A stretch of 55,234 bases of DNA, the filler included, from Sphacelaria rigidula (lineage: Eukaryota): assembly GCA_964200075.2 (NCBI GenBank). It is 6 parts of 6 records of this genome, joined end to end, with 100 filler letters (N's around TTAATTAATTAA, not from the genome) between each part and the next. Parts side by side here need not be neighbours in the genome. Positions count along the whole stretch, not along the records: positions 9,224 to 18,346 come from CAXNAA020009246.1; positions 18,447 to 27,569 come from CAXNAA020009247.1; 4 more parts are not named here. One strand, given 5' to 3'. Under the pieces are notes generated by a model that worked only from the letters and a program-made list of their open reading frames with translations, did not search any database and was not told the DNA's origin. This document shows positions 13,028-26,600 of this stretch, piece by piece (position 1 is the first letter of the stretch; every line of letters starts with the position of its first letter). The position numbers and the translations under genes were made by a program.

Positions 13028-14179
13028 GCAAGTCGTGATGTCGTTCCATCATTTCCTTCCTTGTGCTCATCTCCGTCCGATACACACACCCATCTCGAGT
13101 GATTGATGTACTCATGGATTGATTGTACTGTACTGAGAGTGGCATATTCACCGATTCACTTGGAATCCAGACGTGCTCACCAGGTAGGCGAACACGTCCA
13201 CGGAGAATGAACGGGGAACAATCGCTGAAGGAAACTCGAGAAAGAGTAACATGAACAAAAAACAAAGAGGAAGGGGAAAAGAGGACATGGAAAAGAAAAA
13301 GGAGAGGGAAAGGAAATAAAGGACAAAAATAAATCTACATAACTACGCAGTACCTACACGTTTCTCGTACACTTGAGTCTGCATCTACCTCGATATATCA
13401 CTAGCGGTGTGCGTCAAACACGTTTGACATGTCTTTGTCGCCATCCTATGTGTGTATATATCTTCTATGCAGCGTAATCGGGGTGTGTGCACGGCAGTGA
13501 TAGCGGAACGGAAGTTGAGATAGATGGCTACCGGAGTGTACAGAAACCGAGCCGCACAAGATGAGAAACGCGTCTATGTTTTGGTCCAGGCCCCAGCTTT
13601 CTCGACTGTGGGGATGCTGCTCTGCACTATTTCTGTTTATTAATGTAGAACTTCGTGTGACACCTACAATTGATTAACACCCTTCATGTCAGATGCTGGT
13701 TCGTTCAAAAGTCTCAGAGTCGAGTTCCTGTCACAAACGTATTTTATACCAGCGGGCCAGGCATGTACTTCGTTGGATAGTTTCCTGGGGCACGCAACAG
13801 TGCCAGCTTGATGCTAGCCACCTTCGACTGGATGCACTCTGAACAATGCGCTTTGAACGACACATTCGTGTACAACAGTAGCCCGCGGTGTACATGTAAT
13901 GCGTGGGAGGATCGCGTGCTTGGGAGACTGCATCGTAGGTCAAAACACGTCAGGATCGACGTTTTTCACATCCAATCGGGCGGGTCCCTGCAGGAATCAC
14001 GCCCCCACCCTAACCCCAAAACTAACCCCAACCCCAACCGTGACCATAGTGATGTTCAAATTTGGATGCGGTCCTCCAAGCACGCCGTCCTCTCACGCAT
14101 TAAATAGGGATCACCACATGGAAGGGGGAAAAATCCCACAAGCGTTCGTCGAGGAATTATCTTTTCACATAGGCGACAC

Positions 14180-14240
14180 CATGAGTTGGCTCGTACGATT
14201 CATAAACTGAAGGTGCCGGGCTCGAATCCCGGCTTTCATC
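14180..14240 (+). pseudogene. tRNA-Met-like remnant or SINE head
   Basis: TTCATAA anticodon-loop-like stretch, CTGAAGGT, and a perfect T-arm CCGGG-CTCGAAT-CCCGG. The acceptor and anticodon stems do not pair. Confidence 0.35.
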
Positions 14241-15279
14241 AAAAAGTGGCTATCAAAAAGTGACTTAAAATCGAGTCGGGACAGAAAAGCAATCAAAATG
14301 GTGGGGGACCGCACGCTACTGATGGATCACGTTGGAGCAGATCTCAAAGACTCCCAGGAAGTCGTCCATAAAGATTATTGGCTTGGGGACATGCTCACCG
14401 CTAGCCAGCGAATATTGTTACTCTTACGAGTCTCTTCTCGTTAAACGAACGAATAAAGTCGCTCAAAAAAGGGGGTGGGGTGATGTGAGGACGATCACAT
14501 AAAAGGGAGAAAGTTCCCGCGAGTGTTTGTCGAGGAATTACCTTCTCAAGGTGGTGTTTTCGCAGATCCTGGACCGTTCGACTAGCATTTACTTGATCGT
14601 TGCTCTGAAGAACGGGCTACACAAACAACAACGGGATCCAAACATAGGTCAAAGCCCCCACTCCAGGAGAAACCTTACCGTGTCCACTTTGTCGATCCAA
14701 CACCATTCACCGAATATGGTCGGACACTTACTCCCAAGGTCGGTCAAGAGACGAAATTCATCACATTTATTCACTCACTTGCCGTCCATGAACATTTGAT
14801 GGAATGATGGAACCTCGTCGTATCTAATGACATGGGACTTGAACATGGTGTATTGTTTTCACGCGTGATGTGGATGCGCTAGTCCACAGCTCGGGTCAAT
14901 ACTGCTCGAAACTAAGGTGTGTGGTCCAGGATCTCACAGAAGGTACAACCTGGTGAGCACGAATATTCAATTCTGATCGTTTTCGCCAAGTTCATAGGGT
15001 TCTTCCAGACTTGTTAACCCTCATCACGGCATGTCCAGCGATATTTCGCACCCGCGATCTGAGAAGGGTCATACATTTCGTAGTAAATGCGCGCTTTGCT
15101 TCATATTCCGATTTTTGTTGATGGTTATGATTCCGGACCATATCAAGCTCTTCGTTTGGCATAACATCGTATTCTGACGTAGTGTAAACGTTGTCGGTGG
15201 CGGTTTTACCATGTGGCAGGCGCATCGGACGTTTTTATATGGGGATATGAACAAGGAGCTGAAATCACGACACACGACT

Positions 15280-15418
15280 CTCTGTCTGTTTGCTTGTCTC
15301 TACGTCTGTATGTCTGTCTCTCTGTCTGTCTGTCTGTATGTATGTATGTATGTATGTATGTCTGCGCTGTGCGGTGCGGTGCGGTGCTGTGTGGTGCGGT
15401 GCTGTGCGGTGCTGTGCC
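15280..15418 (+). repeat. Compound microsatellite (TCTG)n-(TATG)n-(GCGGT/GCTGT)n
   Basis: Directly visible. Confidence 0.9.
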
Positions 15419-18113
15419 CGCGATTTGTTGGTCTAAATCATGTTTTCACCACATATGCAACACCTCACGCTGTTCACCACTGACGGTCAACGCCTGCAAT
15501 CTAGAAGAAACCCATATATCGACATATGACATGAGATGTAAGGTCTGTAGTCCCCTATTCACCATCAAGTATCGGCTGGTTCATTGTAACGGACACGGAT
15601 TGACTCCCCGGCGACCCTTCACGCCGTTTTTTTTTTTTGCCAGATATTTGAGGTCCCAGGAGACGGTGTCAGACATCGCCCCTTGGGACACCGGATATTC
15701 GGCCAAACCAATCTAAAGACCCAATCCATCTATCGATATGCAAGACGATGAAAATGCTTCGGGCCGAATACTCTTGGCAGGATACAGCTCATCCTTCACG
15801 GAACTCGTCGAACACAGCACGGCGCGTCGCGCTCGGTGACTGCGGGCCAATCGGACGAAACTCCGGCGTGTTCTGTCCCGGCTTTGTGGGCATCCGACGT
15901 CAATGGTCTCATGATTACGGCAGTACACCCCCCCCCCCTTTCCGTATCCTAATTTTCTCCTGTAGAGCAACGAAATCTTGAACGATGGAAAAACGAGACA
16001 CGGTCACTGATACGAAACACTGCCTCGATCGATTCAAACTAGGTTGGTATTCGACAGTAATCACCCAGGATGTTTGATAAGCAGGGCCGCAAACACTGGG
16101 AAGGCGGGACCTCACGGTTTAGATTTAGTCAATGCCATAGATATTTCTCCGAAAACACGAGTCATCACCTGGTGCGATCTTTTCTCGGTCTATCCAACGA
16201 TAGGGGGCGGGGGGAGGATTGATTTCACGAAACAGAGCTCATGGGTGTATCAGACGACCTAACACACTCACGGTGCCCTTGTATTTAGGTGAAAGCGGGG
16301 CCAAGTAGTGTGCATGCGTGAACCTTTTCAGAAACAAGCTCCCTCGCACAACCGTTGCTACTCTCGTGGGAAAACGGTCCAAATACACCCCCCCACCCCC
16401 CCAATCGTAGGCTCTCACGGTAGGTTTTACAGCACAGCTCGGCGCTGATCGAACGCCTCGTGGTCAACCATCTATGGCATTGCAATTCTCGAAAGATCTC
16501 CTGAGACATAAGTCTCATTTCGCGCCTCCAGCGCACACGCATCTCTGGATGATTCGACCGAAGCATGGAAGCACCCAAGACAAACGATGAACACTGCTTC
16601 AATTGAGGACGCCATCCGAAGAATCAGAGGCCAGAACGTTATTCCGGGTAGTCCCCATGGCAACTAGTACACTAGTACGCCTTTTGAATTTGGGCGCAAG
16701 GACGGAAGTGGGTTCTGAAACGCTGCATGATACCACCCTCTGACAATCCCGACGCAGAGGGCGCAGTTTGTTTAGTTCAGGCATGATGCGACTATTCTTG
16801 GTAGGTTGAGCTTGAAGCATTCACCGCAAGTGCCTCACCCTTGCGTTTTCCTTGTTGTGCTGGCTGCCTGGCTCTTCCTCGCTCAGTGCGTGGGAAGTGT
16901 CAGACATCGAGTAATTAATATGTCGAATGATGTTTGAACTTGATTATCAGGGTGTTTACTATCATCAGAACGCTTGCATATTCACCATGAACTCAAGGAC
17001 GCCGGTTCCAAACTCGGTGTACAGCATTTGACCTTCTGCCATCTGCTTCCGGAAACCCTTATCGTCCGTTGTTGACTCTAGATTTGGGATACCGAGCCAT
17101 ACTGGCATGAGCGAAAGGAGGCCTGGCTATCTTCGGATCGAGCTACAGTGACCAGATTTCTAGTAAGAGCTCTAGTCGTGTCCCTCCGATGTTTCGTGTG
17201 TTTGTACGCTAGTATTAGACATTATTATGGGGGTTCTCTGGGGGTTTATTCAAGTGCGTTGGGCAACGCGCGGCATTCTATCAGGACGATCCAGTTGTCC
17301 TAGTCTCGATGTATTCTATTCATAGTGCGAGAAGGAGATCCGATCGCCGTGTCGAAACGATAGGGATCCTGGAAAGCACCAGCAGAAACCACGCGTGTAA
17401 CAATACTCACCGTTCACGAATTGTAGACCACGAGGGCCTGGATGCGTAACTGGGTGCACGAAATGAGCAGTTAATGCTGTGTAGTGAGCAAACAATATGT
17501 ATATCCTGCGCTCAGAGGTAAAAATGGACGCTACTTATAGCACAACTCACGCTATATTCATTTGCGATAGAAAGCACGTGAACCGATCGTTGTTGTTTTT
17601 GTTTTTTTTCACTACACGGGTGTTGCTACATGACCCAACGTCACAGAGGAGAAGATGATGCAGAGCCAGATAGGCAAAACTAATCGGTCGAGGAGTTATG
17701 CTGCTTCCATCAGTCACAAACATACCTGCTGTTAATGATACATTTCTTCCTCGCCCGTTACTGTGTTACGTTTTGCCTGCACAGCTGCGCACGACATGGC
17801 GCAACATGGGAGATGTCGGCGCAACGCACCATTTTGTCAATCCCTTTAACATGAGGTCGGACCTCCCCGAACCTCAGAAGGTGAGAACGATGTTTTTCAG
17901 CTGTCGGCAACACAAGAGTTGTTAGGGGCAGACGCCTTAACGGCCATCAATAGCCTCAAGTTGTGCACAATTTTCAACCGGTGCACATAGCCAGCATCAC
18001 AGCTGCTGTGGGCCATTTTGGAAGAGTTAGAAGTTTTCCCCGCGAAGGAGCGCACTCGCCTAGTTTAGTACAAGTGGTGAAAGACGCGCGCGAATTTCGG
18101 CTCCATCAAAGAG

Positions 18114-18346
18114 GACACTTTCTACGATAGCCCCCCCCCAAAAAGTGCATGATTTTGGGAGGCAAAATCTTCACGTGAATCGTAATGAGAAAAGCCGAGC
18201 ACAACGAGAAGGTCGGAATTCCCACGCTTGGATTCGTTCTAGCCAACGTCGCCAAAATGAGGCGCTTCATGCAGCCTGAAACCAAACTTCAGGCGCTGCA
18301 TGGCCATTTTTTTCGTCACAGTTTTGAGCTAGTTTGGGGGGAGGGG
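18114..18346 (+). mobile_element. MITE, GACAC-TIR family (truncated by contig end)
   Basis: Starts GACACTTTCTACGATAGCCCCC. The body aligns with 44516-44876 and, inverted, with 34426-34680. Confidence 0.8.
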
Positions 18347-18988
18347 NNNNNNNNNNNNNNNNNNNNNNNNNNNNNNNNNNNNNNNNNNNNTTAATTAATT
18401 AANNNNNNNNNNNNNNNNNNNNNNNNNNNNNNNNNNNNNNNNNNNNTTCGTGCAACCAAATACCCCCCCCCCCTATCGTAGGATGACTCATGATCAGATG
18501 TGGTCAGGTTCGAATTAGCAACACTTGGGTCAGCTGAAAAGGCTTGCTGCTACCTGTGCGTGCGGTCGCCGAGGGAAGCCGGTGCCTTAGGGACTGGCGG
18601 TTGGTCTTCCCAGACCTCAGACTTATACTCGGTACTGAAGGACCAAGTTCAGTGCCGGGTGTAGATCTGAGTCGCGGGGTGGCACAACTGTTACGCGGTG
18701 TGTGGAGGGATGACGACGGGGGTTGGTTTGAACGGCCGTCAGATGCACTCCTTCATAGTGCCGGGAAAGCCGGGCGGACAATTTTGGTCGCGGGCTCTGT
18801 GGGTTGTGTTGAAAATTGTGTGGAGGTTCGAGACGGGGTCGATACGAACGGCCGTCAGTTACGCTCCTGGATAGTGCCGGGGCAGTCGAGTCAGCAATTT
18901 TTGACACGGACTCCGCGGGCTGTGTTGAAAAAGTCTTCGCTCGTGCTTTCGACGGCGTGGAATACCGAAGAACGCCGGCGTCGCCACT

Positions 18989-21900
18989 TCATGGATCTAA
19001 GTGATCCGAAGTGAAGGTACCAGGGTTTTTGGTGTTGGGATTAGAACTTTGTGTCGGTCCCGTCGGCTGGTGTCTATCAGCGGAACGTTTGTTGTCGCGA
19101 GAATTTTGATCGTTCTGGCGAGGGTTTCCGTGATTGTTGTTGTGTCGGCGACCACGAATAGAGTTTTTGTTGCCACGTTGGTTCGAATTGCTGCGGTAAT
19201 TTCGAGTTGGTGGACGATAATCGCGCATGCGTTTTTGCCATCGGCGCCACGCGGGTCCATTGTTCTGCAATTCAGCGTTCATGAGATCAAGGGCGTTGAT
19301 GCATAGACTGTCACAGTCGCGCATGCTGTGGCCTTGAACACTACAGTTGATGCGGCTATTGGCATGACTGCTGAAGGCATTGCGTCTAGCGGAAGACGAA
19401 AGAAGTGGGTTCCACGAATGGGGGTCATCGGTTATGTATGCCGTGGTTGAAGTTAGATAAACATCATCCCAAGTTTTCTCGGAAAATGTCCAACCGTCAA
19501 AACTCGCGCTAGATGCATCTCTGGTGCTCTGAACATGCATAACTGAACCGGCGACTGAGTCGGGGGTCCATGAAGCGCGAGACGAACTCAAATTCCTGCC
19601 GCGAGCCCCCTTGGCATGGGCGGAGGACACAACCGTAGGTTGTGAACGCGCAGACGTTGAAGGTTTGCCACGTATGGCAGGTGTTAGATTACTCCCCTGG
19701 TGCACAAAAGCAGACCACATCGTATCAACGGAGGCGTAAGGCATCTCGCGATGCGCCAAGACACTCGGAAACAACGACGGCATCAGAGCCGGATACTGTT
19801 GAGCAACGCTATTGCGAACGTAAGTCTGACACATTGCATCGCTCGGTCCATTCTGGCGTCCGACACCCGTCGTACCCGAAACCAAAAGCTTTCATTCGCG
19901 GAGATAATCCGCGAAGGGGACATCAGATGCGACGACAAAAGAACTCAGCCTCTGGATGACGCTGGCTTGATCACTTTTGTCAAAGTAACCTATGAGACGC
20001 CTTTCCAAATCAGAGAGTAATTGCGGGCCTGTCTTCCCTTGGGAACGATCCGGATCCATCTCAGCGAGGAATCCGTCGAGCACCTGCGTCAAAGAAGCAG
20101 CGAGGTCGGGAGAGCGGCTGCTGATCGATCGATGCATTGCTTTGTGCAAGGGAATCTGCCAGCCCTCTACCCAGTCTGAGTGTTCGAAACGTTGTGTGCC
20201 AGTCACATCCGCCAAGTGAAGGATGTTACAAACAGTGCGGCGGATGGACGTGATGAGGGCAGAAGTAAATTGGCCCGAATCTTCGTTATCCGCGGCAGGC
20301 ATGGTTTTATGTGCCAGAGTTTTTTCACATCCATCTGAATACACTCTCTCTGTATTGCAGCTAGTCGGGCAGACTCAGCTCTATCGGAAACGTTTTTTTG
20401 CTAGCTTCCTAACGTTCTTTGTCAGCCGCGGCGGGTGCTAAAGCGCGGGCTGCAGTACAAGACAAAGGACGATCAGGTGTATCCGTATCGGACAAACCTG
20501 AAATGCGGGCCGAAACATCAGCCAACTTAGGAATTGCTTGCCTGGGGGTCTCCGAGCCCGAGGCGGGAAGAGCTGCACCGGACCGGTTCCAGGCCGATGC
20601 GGATGAGCCGGAAGAGTTGCCTCCGGTGTGCTTGCCTTTAGGCTTGCGGGGCGGGCGGTTTGATCCGGAGCCACCCGAAGAGGATCCTCCACCGCCATGG
20701 CGGCGGCGTGAATTCCCGCCATTGTTATCATGGTCATCGCGACGGTGATTCTCCTTGTGACCCCGGCAATTGGAGGTCGTGGTGGTCCACCCATCCTCAT
20801 CTTCATCATCGTCGCGGAGAGGCGCGGCGGGATCAGAGCTAGAAGCGGCGCGTCGCGCCGCAAAAGCTTGGTGACAGTGTCGACGTACCGGTGGAGATTC
20901 GGACTATCGCCGATTGTCGCCTGGAGGACCAGTTGGCCCAAGGTGATCGCCGACACGCCGACATCAGGGGAAAAGCCGCCCTGTTCCACGTAGCCGCCAA
21001 TAATGGCAAACATTCGTTGCGAGATGATGTTCCAAGCGTGGCGGGAACAGTGCAGGTGATTGTTTCGGTGAAAGGGGCCGGTAGAATCGGCCGCAGACCG
21101 AGAAAGCCATACTTGTTCGTGTGAACCAAGTTGCAAGCGTGTGGTGGGGCTGGCAGTGACCGCCGGGCCAGGTGCACGAGGCGGCGTGGGGGCGGCGGCG
21201 GTTGCTACAGAGGACGCCCTGTCGGACTTACGTGGTATCGCGTAGTCCGACCTGGTGGGCGTGGGCTGTCGAGGAGGTCGAGCTTCAAGCAAGTGGTCGG
21301 CGGAAGGCGGTGGGGAGGCTTGATGGTGAGTCACCCGCGCCATCGACGAAACAGCTTCTTGCGTAGTTCGCCGAACATGCTTTTGTAGCTCGCGAACCCT
21401 CCTTTGTGCCGTCAAGGCTGCAGTCTCCCCTTCCTGCAATGCTCTGTGCGCCACCGTCTTGGTGGCTTGGGCGAGTGAAGCCTGTCGCTAAAAATCCTTC
21501 AGCTTGGCAGCATGTTCCTCCAAAAGGAGGCGGGCGGCAGCCTCGTCAGCATTGCGTTGCTGGTCGAGTAGACTGCGAGTTAGCGCCGGGGCTTGGAGCT
21601 TGTAGTTTTGAATGAGCCGTTCTTGTTCCGCGCGGGGGCGGTCCTGGAACAATCGCAAGAGAAGCCCGGCGGGGCAATACTCGACGCCGAGCGGAGGAAA
21701 ATCCTCCACCGAAGGAGGCGAGCACACGGAGACGTCCCCGACAGGGCGAGTGTGGGACCACTGTCCGCATCAGTGCCTACTGAAAGCTGGGCGGCAGCAG
21801 GGGTTGGGGCCGTGGCTGCAGTGGCTGCTGCAGAAGGCGCGGTGACCACGGTAGTGGCGGCTGCGGCGGTAGTGGGAGCGGCGTTGGTGGTCTCCCTCGT

Positions 21901-23418
21901 AGGCTTAGCAGCAGCGGTAGTGCCCTTGGTGTCCATGGTTGCTGTTGCCAGTTGTCGTTCGAGATCTGTCAAACGTTGTTGCAGAGAACCAATAAGCGCA
22001 GCGTCGGAACGGGACGGTGGTTCGCGGTCAGTGCGTTGTCGTCGTCTGTGCGATGAGGTGCGGTCGGATCCTGCAAGTGAGGTATCCGGGGTCGGTGACA
22101 TGTCCGAAAATATGTTTTGGATATCGTCAGCATGTACCGTGTTATCATTGCGTACATAACGGCTGTGTGACAAAGGCTGAGCAGTAGAGATGCGCGAAGG
22201 TGCATGATCGGAGTTGTTCGAACGCGAGTTGACGCGCGAAGAACTTGATCTGGGCCGCAAGGTATCCTCGTGAGTACGGCCATGGTTAGCATTCACCGGG
22301 CGCTTTGGAGCGCGAGATGAATTGGAAGTATGGCGTGAACTACCTTTATATTTGTGTCCATGAGCGATATTCTTCGGGCGTGTGGAAGCGCGCGATGAAT
22401 TCCAGCTTTGCTGGGAGTGGCCCTTAGAACTGCTAAAACGGGAGACATGGTCATGACCAAGTCTCGGTGTGCGGCGCCGGTCAGAAGCACGAGTATGGCT
22501 CTGTTACGACGTTGAGGAAGGGCTGGACTCATGTTCGTTGAATTTATCATGAGTGACGAACGGAGGACGCGATGTCGCCGAACGGGTCGCCAGACGTACG
22601 GGTTTGGGCGCGGCAGGTGCAGAATCATCATTAAATTGCACATGAGCAGACGCCGACTGGGCTTGGAGCGTGGCGTGGCAAAAAGCCGTAAATGTCTCGA
22701 TGAGAGCTGCCGCTGGCGATCGCGATGACGCCGAGGAGGTGCGATGCAGAGTTTGCATGGCAGCATGCATGGTCGCAACTGCAGGTCCGACATTAGACTG
22801 CGCAGTAGGGCGCATGGGACTATCAAGAGTCGTGCGAAGGGGGTCCACAACGGAAGCAGACCGTGTGACAAAGTCTCTTGCTCCAGAAGCGATGTGCTTC
22901 GTCGGGACAGAATCGTCTCGAGAATTGTCAGCCGTCAAGCGACCGGGTGCCACGGTTGAAGCAACCGTGGTAGGGCCGAGCTGGACACGTGTGCCCAGGG
23001 GCAACGACTCGACTGAGGGCACAATCCTACCTCCGGATTCCACGTTGGGATTCGGGGGAGCAGGGGCCAGCGAGGGGTGTGCGACGGAATCCACCGTTAT
23101 GGGCTCACTGACATGCGCGTCAGGAACCAATGACTCGGCCGGGTGCACTACCATGTTCTCTGAGTCCGAGTCGGAACGTGAGAGAACAGGTCTCGGCGTC
23201 GAAGTCTGGTCTTCAAGTGTTGAAGAATGAGCTTCGCTCGGATGTCGGTCTTCAGATCCCGAAGAACGGACAGCGCTCGCATATGTGCGGCGGTGTGCTG
23301 AAGATGGCGTGCCGCTCATCTTGAAAGATTTCGAACCGCCAGTAATTTGACTCCGGCTCCGGCGAAGCGGTTGGTTTCCCAATTGAGGGGAAGAACCAGC
23401 GTTATTTTTGTGCGACAT
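18989..23418 (-). mobile_element. Decayed very long gag-like ORF of a retrotransposon (probably LTR/Ty3-gypsy-like); pol not present in the contig
   Basis: ORFs 23418-22504 and 22296-21580 share a frame, separated by one stop. ORFs 21727-21488, 21454-20438, 20344-19892 and 19885-18989 share another frame, with stops and local frameshifts. The product has a low-complexity N-terminus, coiled-coil segments, a helical core (FDKSDQASVIQRLSSF...QQYPALMPSLFP...MWSAF) and a degenerate CCHC knuckle (RINCSVQGHSMRDC) before an N/R-rich tail. No introns. Confidence 0.6.
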
Positions 23419-23583
23419 GATGAGCGTACGCTTTTTTTTTGCTTCAAAAGGAAGGCGCAGTATGTCTGGTCTGCGGCTCTAATCAAAGGAGCGTGATGCC
23501 AGGTGATGCTACGTGCAGAAGCCGAAGCTTGATCCGGCAAATACTGGATAATGAAGCCTAATAGCGCCTGAGGGGACCGCAGG

Positions 23584-23655
23584 GCCTGATTTACTTGAGT
23601 AATTTATTCAAGTGAATTGCCTGATTTACTTGAGAAATTTATTCAAGCGAATTGC
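23584..23655. repeat. 35-bp tandem duplication with internal palindrome, upstream of the gag-like ORF
   Basis: GCCTGATTTACTTGAG(T/A)AATTTATTCAAG(T/C)GAATT x2. CTTGA...TCAAG can form a hairpin in each unit. Confidence 0.85.
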
Positions 23656-26600
23656 GGTTTGTAACAACTGTGTCCGGGTCTGATTAATACAACTTTATTC
23701 AAGTTGTGGCGGTAATAGCTAGCACGGCATTGTACGCAGAACAGGCGTATGTCGCCGAAGACAAGCGAAGACCCGAGTGTCTGTAGCAGCGTTGGTACGT
23801 GGAAGAACAACTTACACGTGTTCCGGATATATCGTCACGGGCAGACTATAACTGTATGATCCCAGCACAAGTTGAGGAACGCCTGGCGGTGTGCAGATGA
23901 AAAGAACCAGAGATATAGATATATTTTCTCAGATGCGCACGAAAACTGTGGAGCGTAAGGCAGCACAAAAGTTTTTACAAAGCTTCGGTTGTAGACCGCG
24001 AACTCGGACTGCGTAGTGCAGAGCGAAGGCTTGTTATCCAACGAAGTTGAGACAACGTATGTATATGGAACAAAGGTGATGTGATGCATAACAGGGGCAA
24101 CGCTGGGAGCGGATGCCGAAAACATTGTAGTGCACAGGCAAGGGGCTACAATGAGCACGTAACGGAGGTTGAAATGTTTCAACTAGTAGTATTTCAACGA
24201 AACCGTCTTGGAACAATAAAGTTGTTTGTTCGAGAAGTTTTCAAAGGAGAAAAAACTCACAGTACGTTATGCTGTGTATGCTACTTATCACGGTGATGTA
24301 CCGCGTTGCCTTACTGCTGTGCGAAGTACACAAGAGGACAACAAGAACAAAGTAGTCACAAGCAACGAAACTAAAGCTACAACAAGAACAAGGTCGCTCG
24401 AGCAACGAAGGTAAAGTGCCGGAACATTCCAAAGTTCGGTACAGACGTCCGTCATCACACTGTGTGAACACGGTCTGTACTTACTGCAGTAATTTCGTGA
24501 AGGAAAGATACGACAGTCGCGTACAATCGATATCGAAAAATAAGAGTAGAAGCGTGCCAGCTTGGCGGGAGCTCAGGTGAGGAACAGCGGCTGGCTATGA
24601 AGAACAGTGCGCCTTTGTGCACTGGTGATCTGTACAAACCTTTAGTGAAAGACTTACTCTGTAGAAGGAAAGGGGGCCACAAGGCCAAATACACGAGCCA
24701 ACGATGGCTTGGTGCGGGGGTCGCGCCGGGCTGTTGAATCAAGAAAAGATTCAAAAGTCGTGCAGGCGGGACTGATATCGTTGGGCCTTGTGCAGGTGAT
24801 GTCAAATTGACAGCACGGCAAGAACAGCAAGCAGTGCGTGTTGACCCCACGTTGACCACACAAGATGTGGCGTCGAACGCTACAGCAATTGCAAGTAGCA
24901 GGGTACGAATACACTTTACCGAGGGACACACGGGGCAGAAGCTCGAGAGCTACTGACTACCTGGCGGTAGGTTTGACTACAACTCCGAAGGGAAAAGGGC
25001 AAATGATCAAAAGGCTGGAGTACACAGCTGGCAGCCAGGGATACAAATCCGTACAAGAAAGAAACGCAATAGCCAAAGAAGAAGCTCCTGAGTCAAACGC
25101 CAATGTGACAAAGAGCAAGCGGCAGTATAATGCAAGGACACAGCTTGCAACCCAAGGCACCAGCTTGGCAGGCAAGTGTACAGCCGTCAGGCTGTTACAA
25201 CTTGTAGATACCGTGTGACCTGCTCAGTATCCAAACATCAGACGAGGTTCACGCAATAAGTTCTTCACTTCTCTCTTAATTATCTTGATTTTATCTCCGA
25301 TACCCACTCAATCAATCCAACCCAGACCAGCCAGTATTTCTCACCGATGGTTAGACTTCCTTTTGCTGGCTAGCAGAGGGGAGCAGTTGATAGTGGTTGG
25401 TGGGGGGGGCTTTAATCGTGAAGCACGACCAAAGACAAAGCCATCCCTGTAATTATACAGGTTCACATTCGTATCCGACCAACTCTGAACCGACCTGTAG
25501 TCTTGTCTGCCGGGATTCCTTATCTACCGGGATTCCCAATATTACCGAAAGCCAGACTTTGACAACGAAAGCCAGACTTCGACAACGTGTCTGAAGCGGC
25601 ATGACAACAGGCTAGTTTGCATCTTCATGACAATCACGCCATATATAATATCACCACAATAACCCTGCAGCAAAGAGCACGAGTTGGGTGCAGGGATATA
25701 GATACATACTGCAGTAGTTGGCTATGATGTATGTCTTGTTGGTAGAAGTATAAACTTCAGCATCTTCCATGGTCGCGGAGTCGCGCGGTGCCGGAACCAT
25801 GCGCGGGGTAGGGTGCGGGCAATCAACGGTTTACTGCATACATACCCATAGACAGTGCAGGCAGACAAAGATGCGCACACTGTTCAAGTCCTTTTCACGT
25901 CGCACTGTAAGCAGAAAACATACATATAGTCCAGCGCGGTCTGTACTGTACTTTGACCGCTCTGCCTTCAAGTTCAACTGACTGCAGCAGGGAGCATGTG
26001 GGCGTGCTGTAAGAACGGGCGTCGTGAAATATACTCAGTAGCTGACGGTATATAACATCCCCATGCACCCAAAGTCACAGGCATCCACTTTGTTTAGCCA
26101 TACGTGGCGCATATGCCGCGCTAAGTATACTGCTCTGCACGTGTATGAGCACAATATGTTACTACCCTGCACGGCATTGTACCGTTCAGTACAGCACCAA
26201 ACCGTGCTCATTGTTGTGGTCGTCTTATCGTCATCAAAGTACGCAGTGTACAATCGCCATCGAAATTTTTCGCGTGTCCGATCGAAAAAATGAGTTCGTA
26301 TTATTGAAAGGGTAGACACGGGACTACGGGGTTTTCAAAACCTGTATGTATAGATATGTGAGGTCCATACACTTGGAGTATCATAACCACAAGCTGAAGC
26401 TACACAGCATGGCTGTGTGTACATACATTCTCAATCAGTGTATGGGATCTGTAACCAGCAGAAGCTGTTGAAGACTTCGATCTCTTTGCCCAGTTGATGT
26501 ATGATTGGGGGGCAAGAGGATAAGTTTTCAACACTTTTTGCTGCCTCTCGAGTCTCATCTACTGATACGGTGCAGTATGTGGGACTTGAACGGCAATTTC

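Noticed and set aside
14005..14040. Interstitial telomere repeat (CCCTAA-like)
   Set aside because: Only a few degenerate units; indistinguishable from a simple repeat.
24460..25420. LTR, PBS and PPT of the gag-like element or a TRIM
   Set aside because: There are TG/CA-like ends and a G-run at ~25400, but no second LTR copy, TSD or tRNA-complementary PBS could be confirmed.
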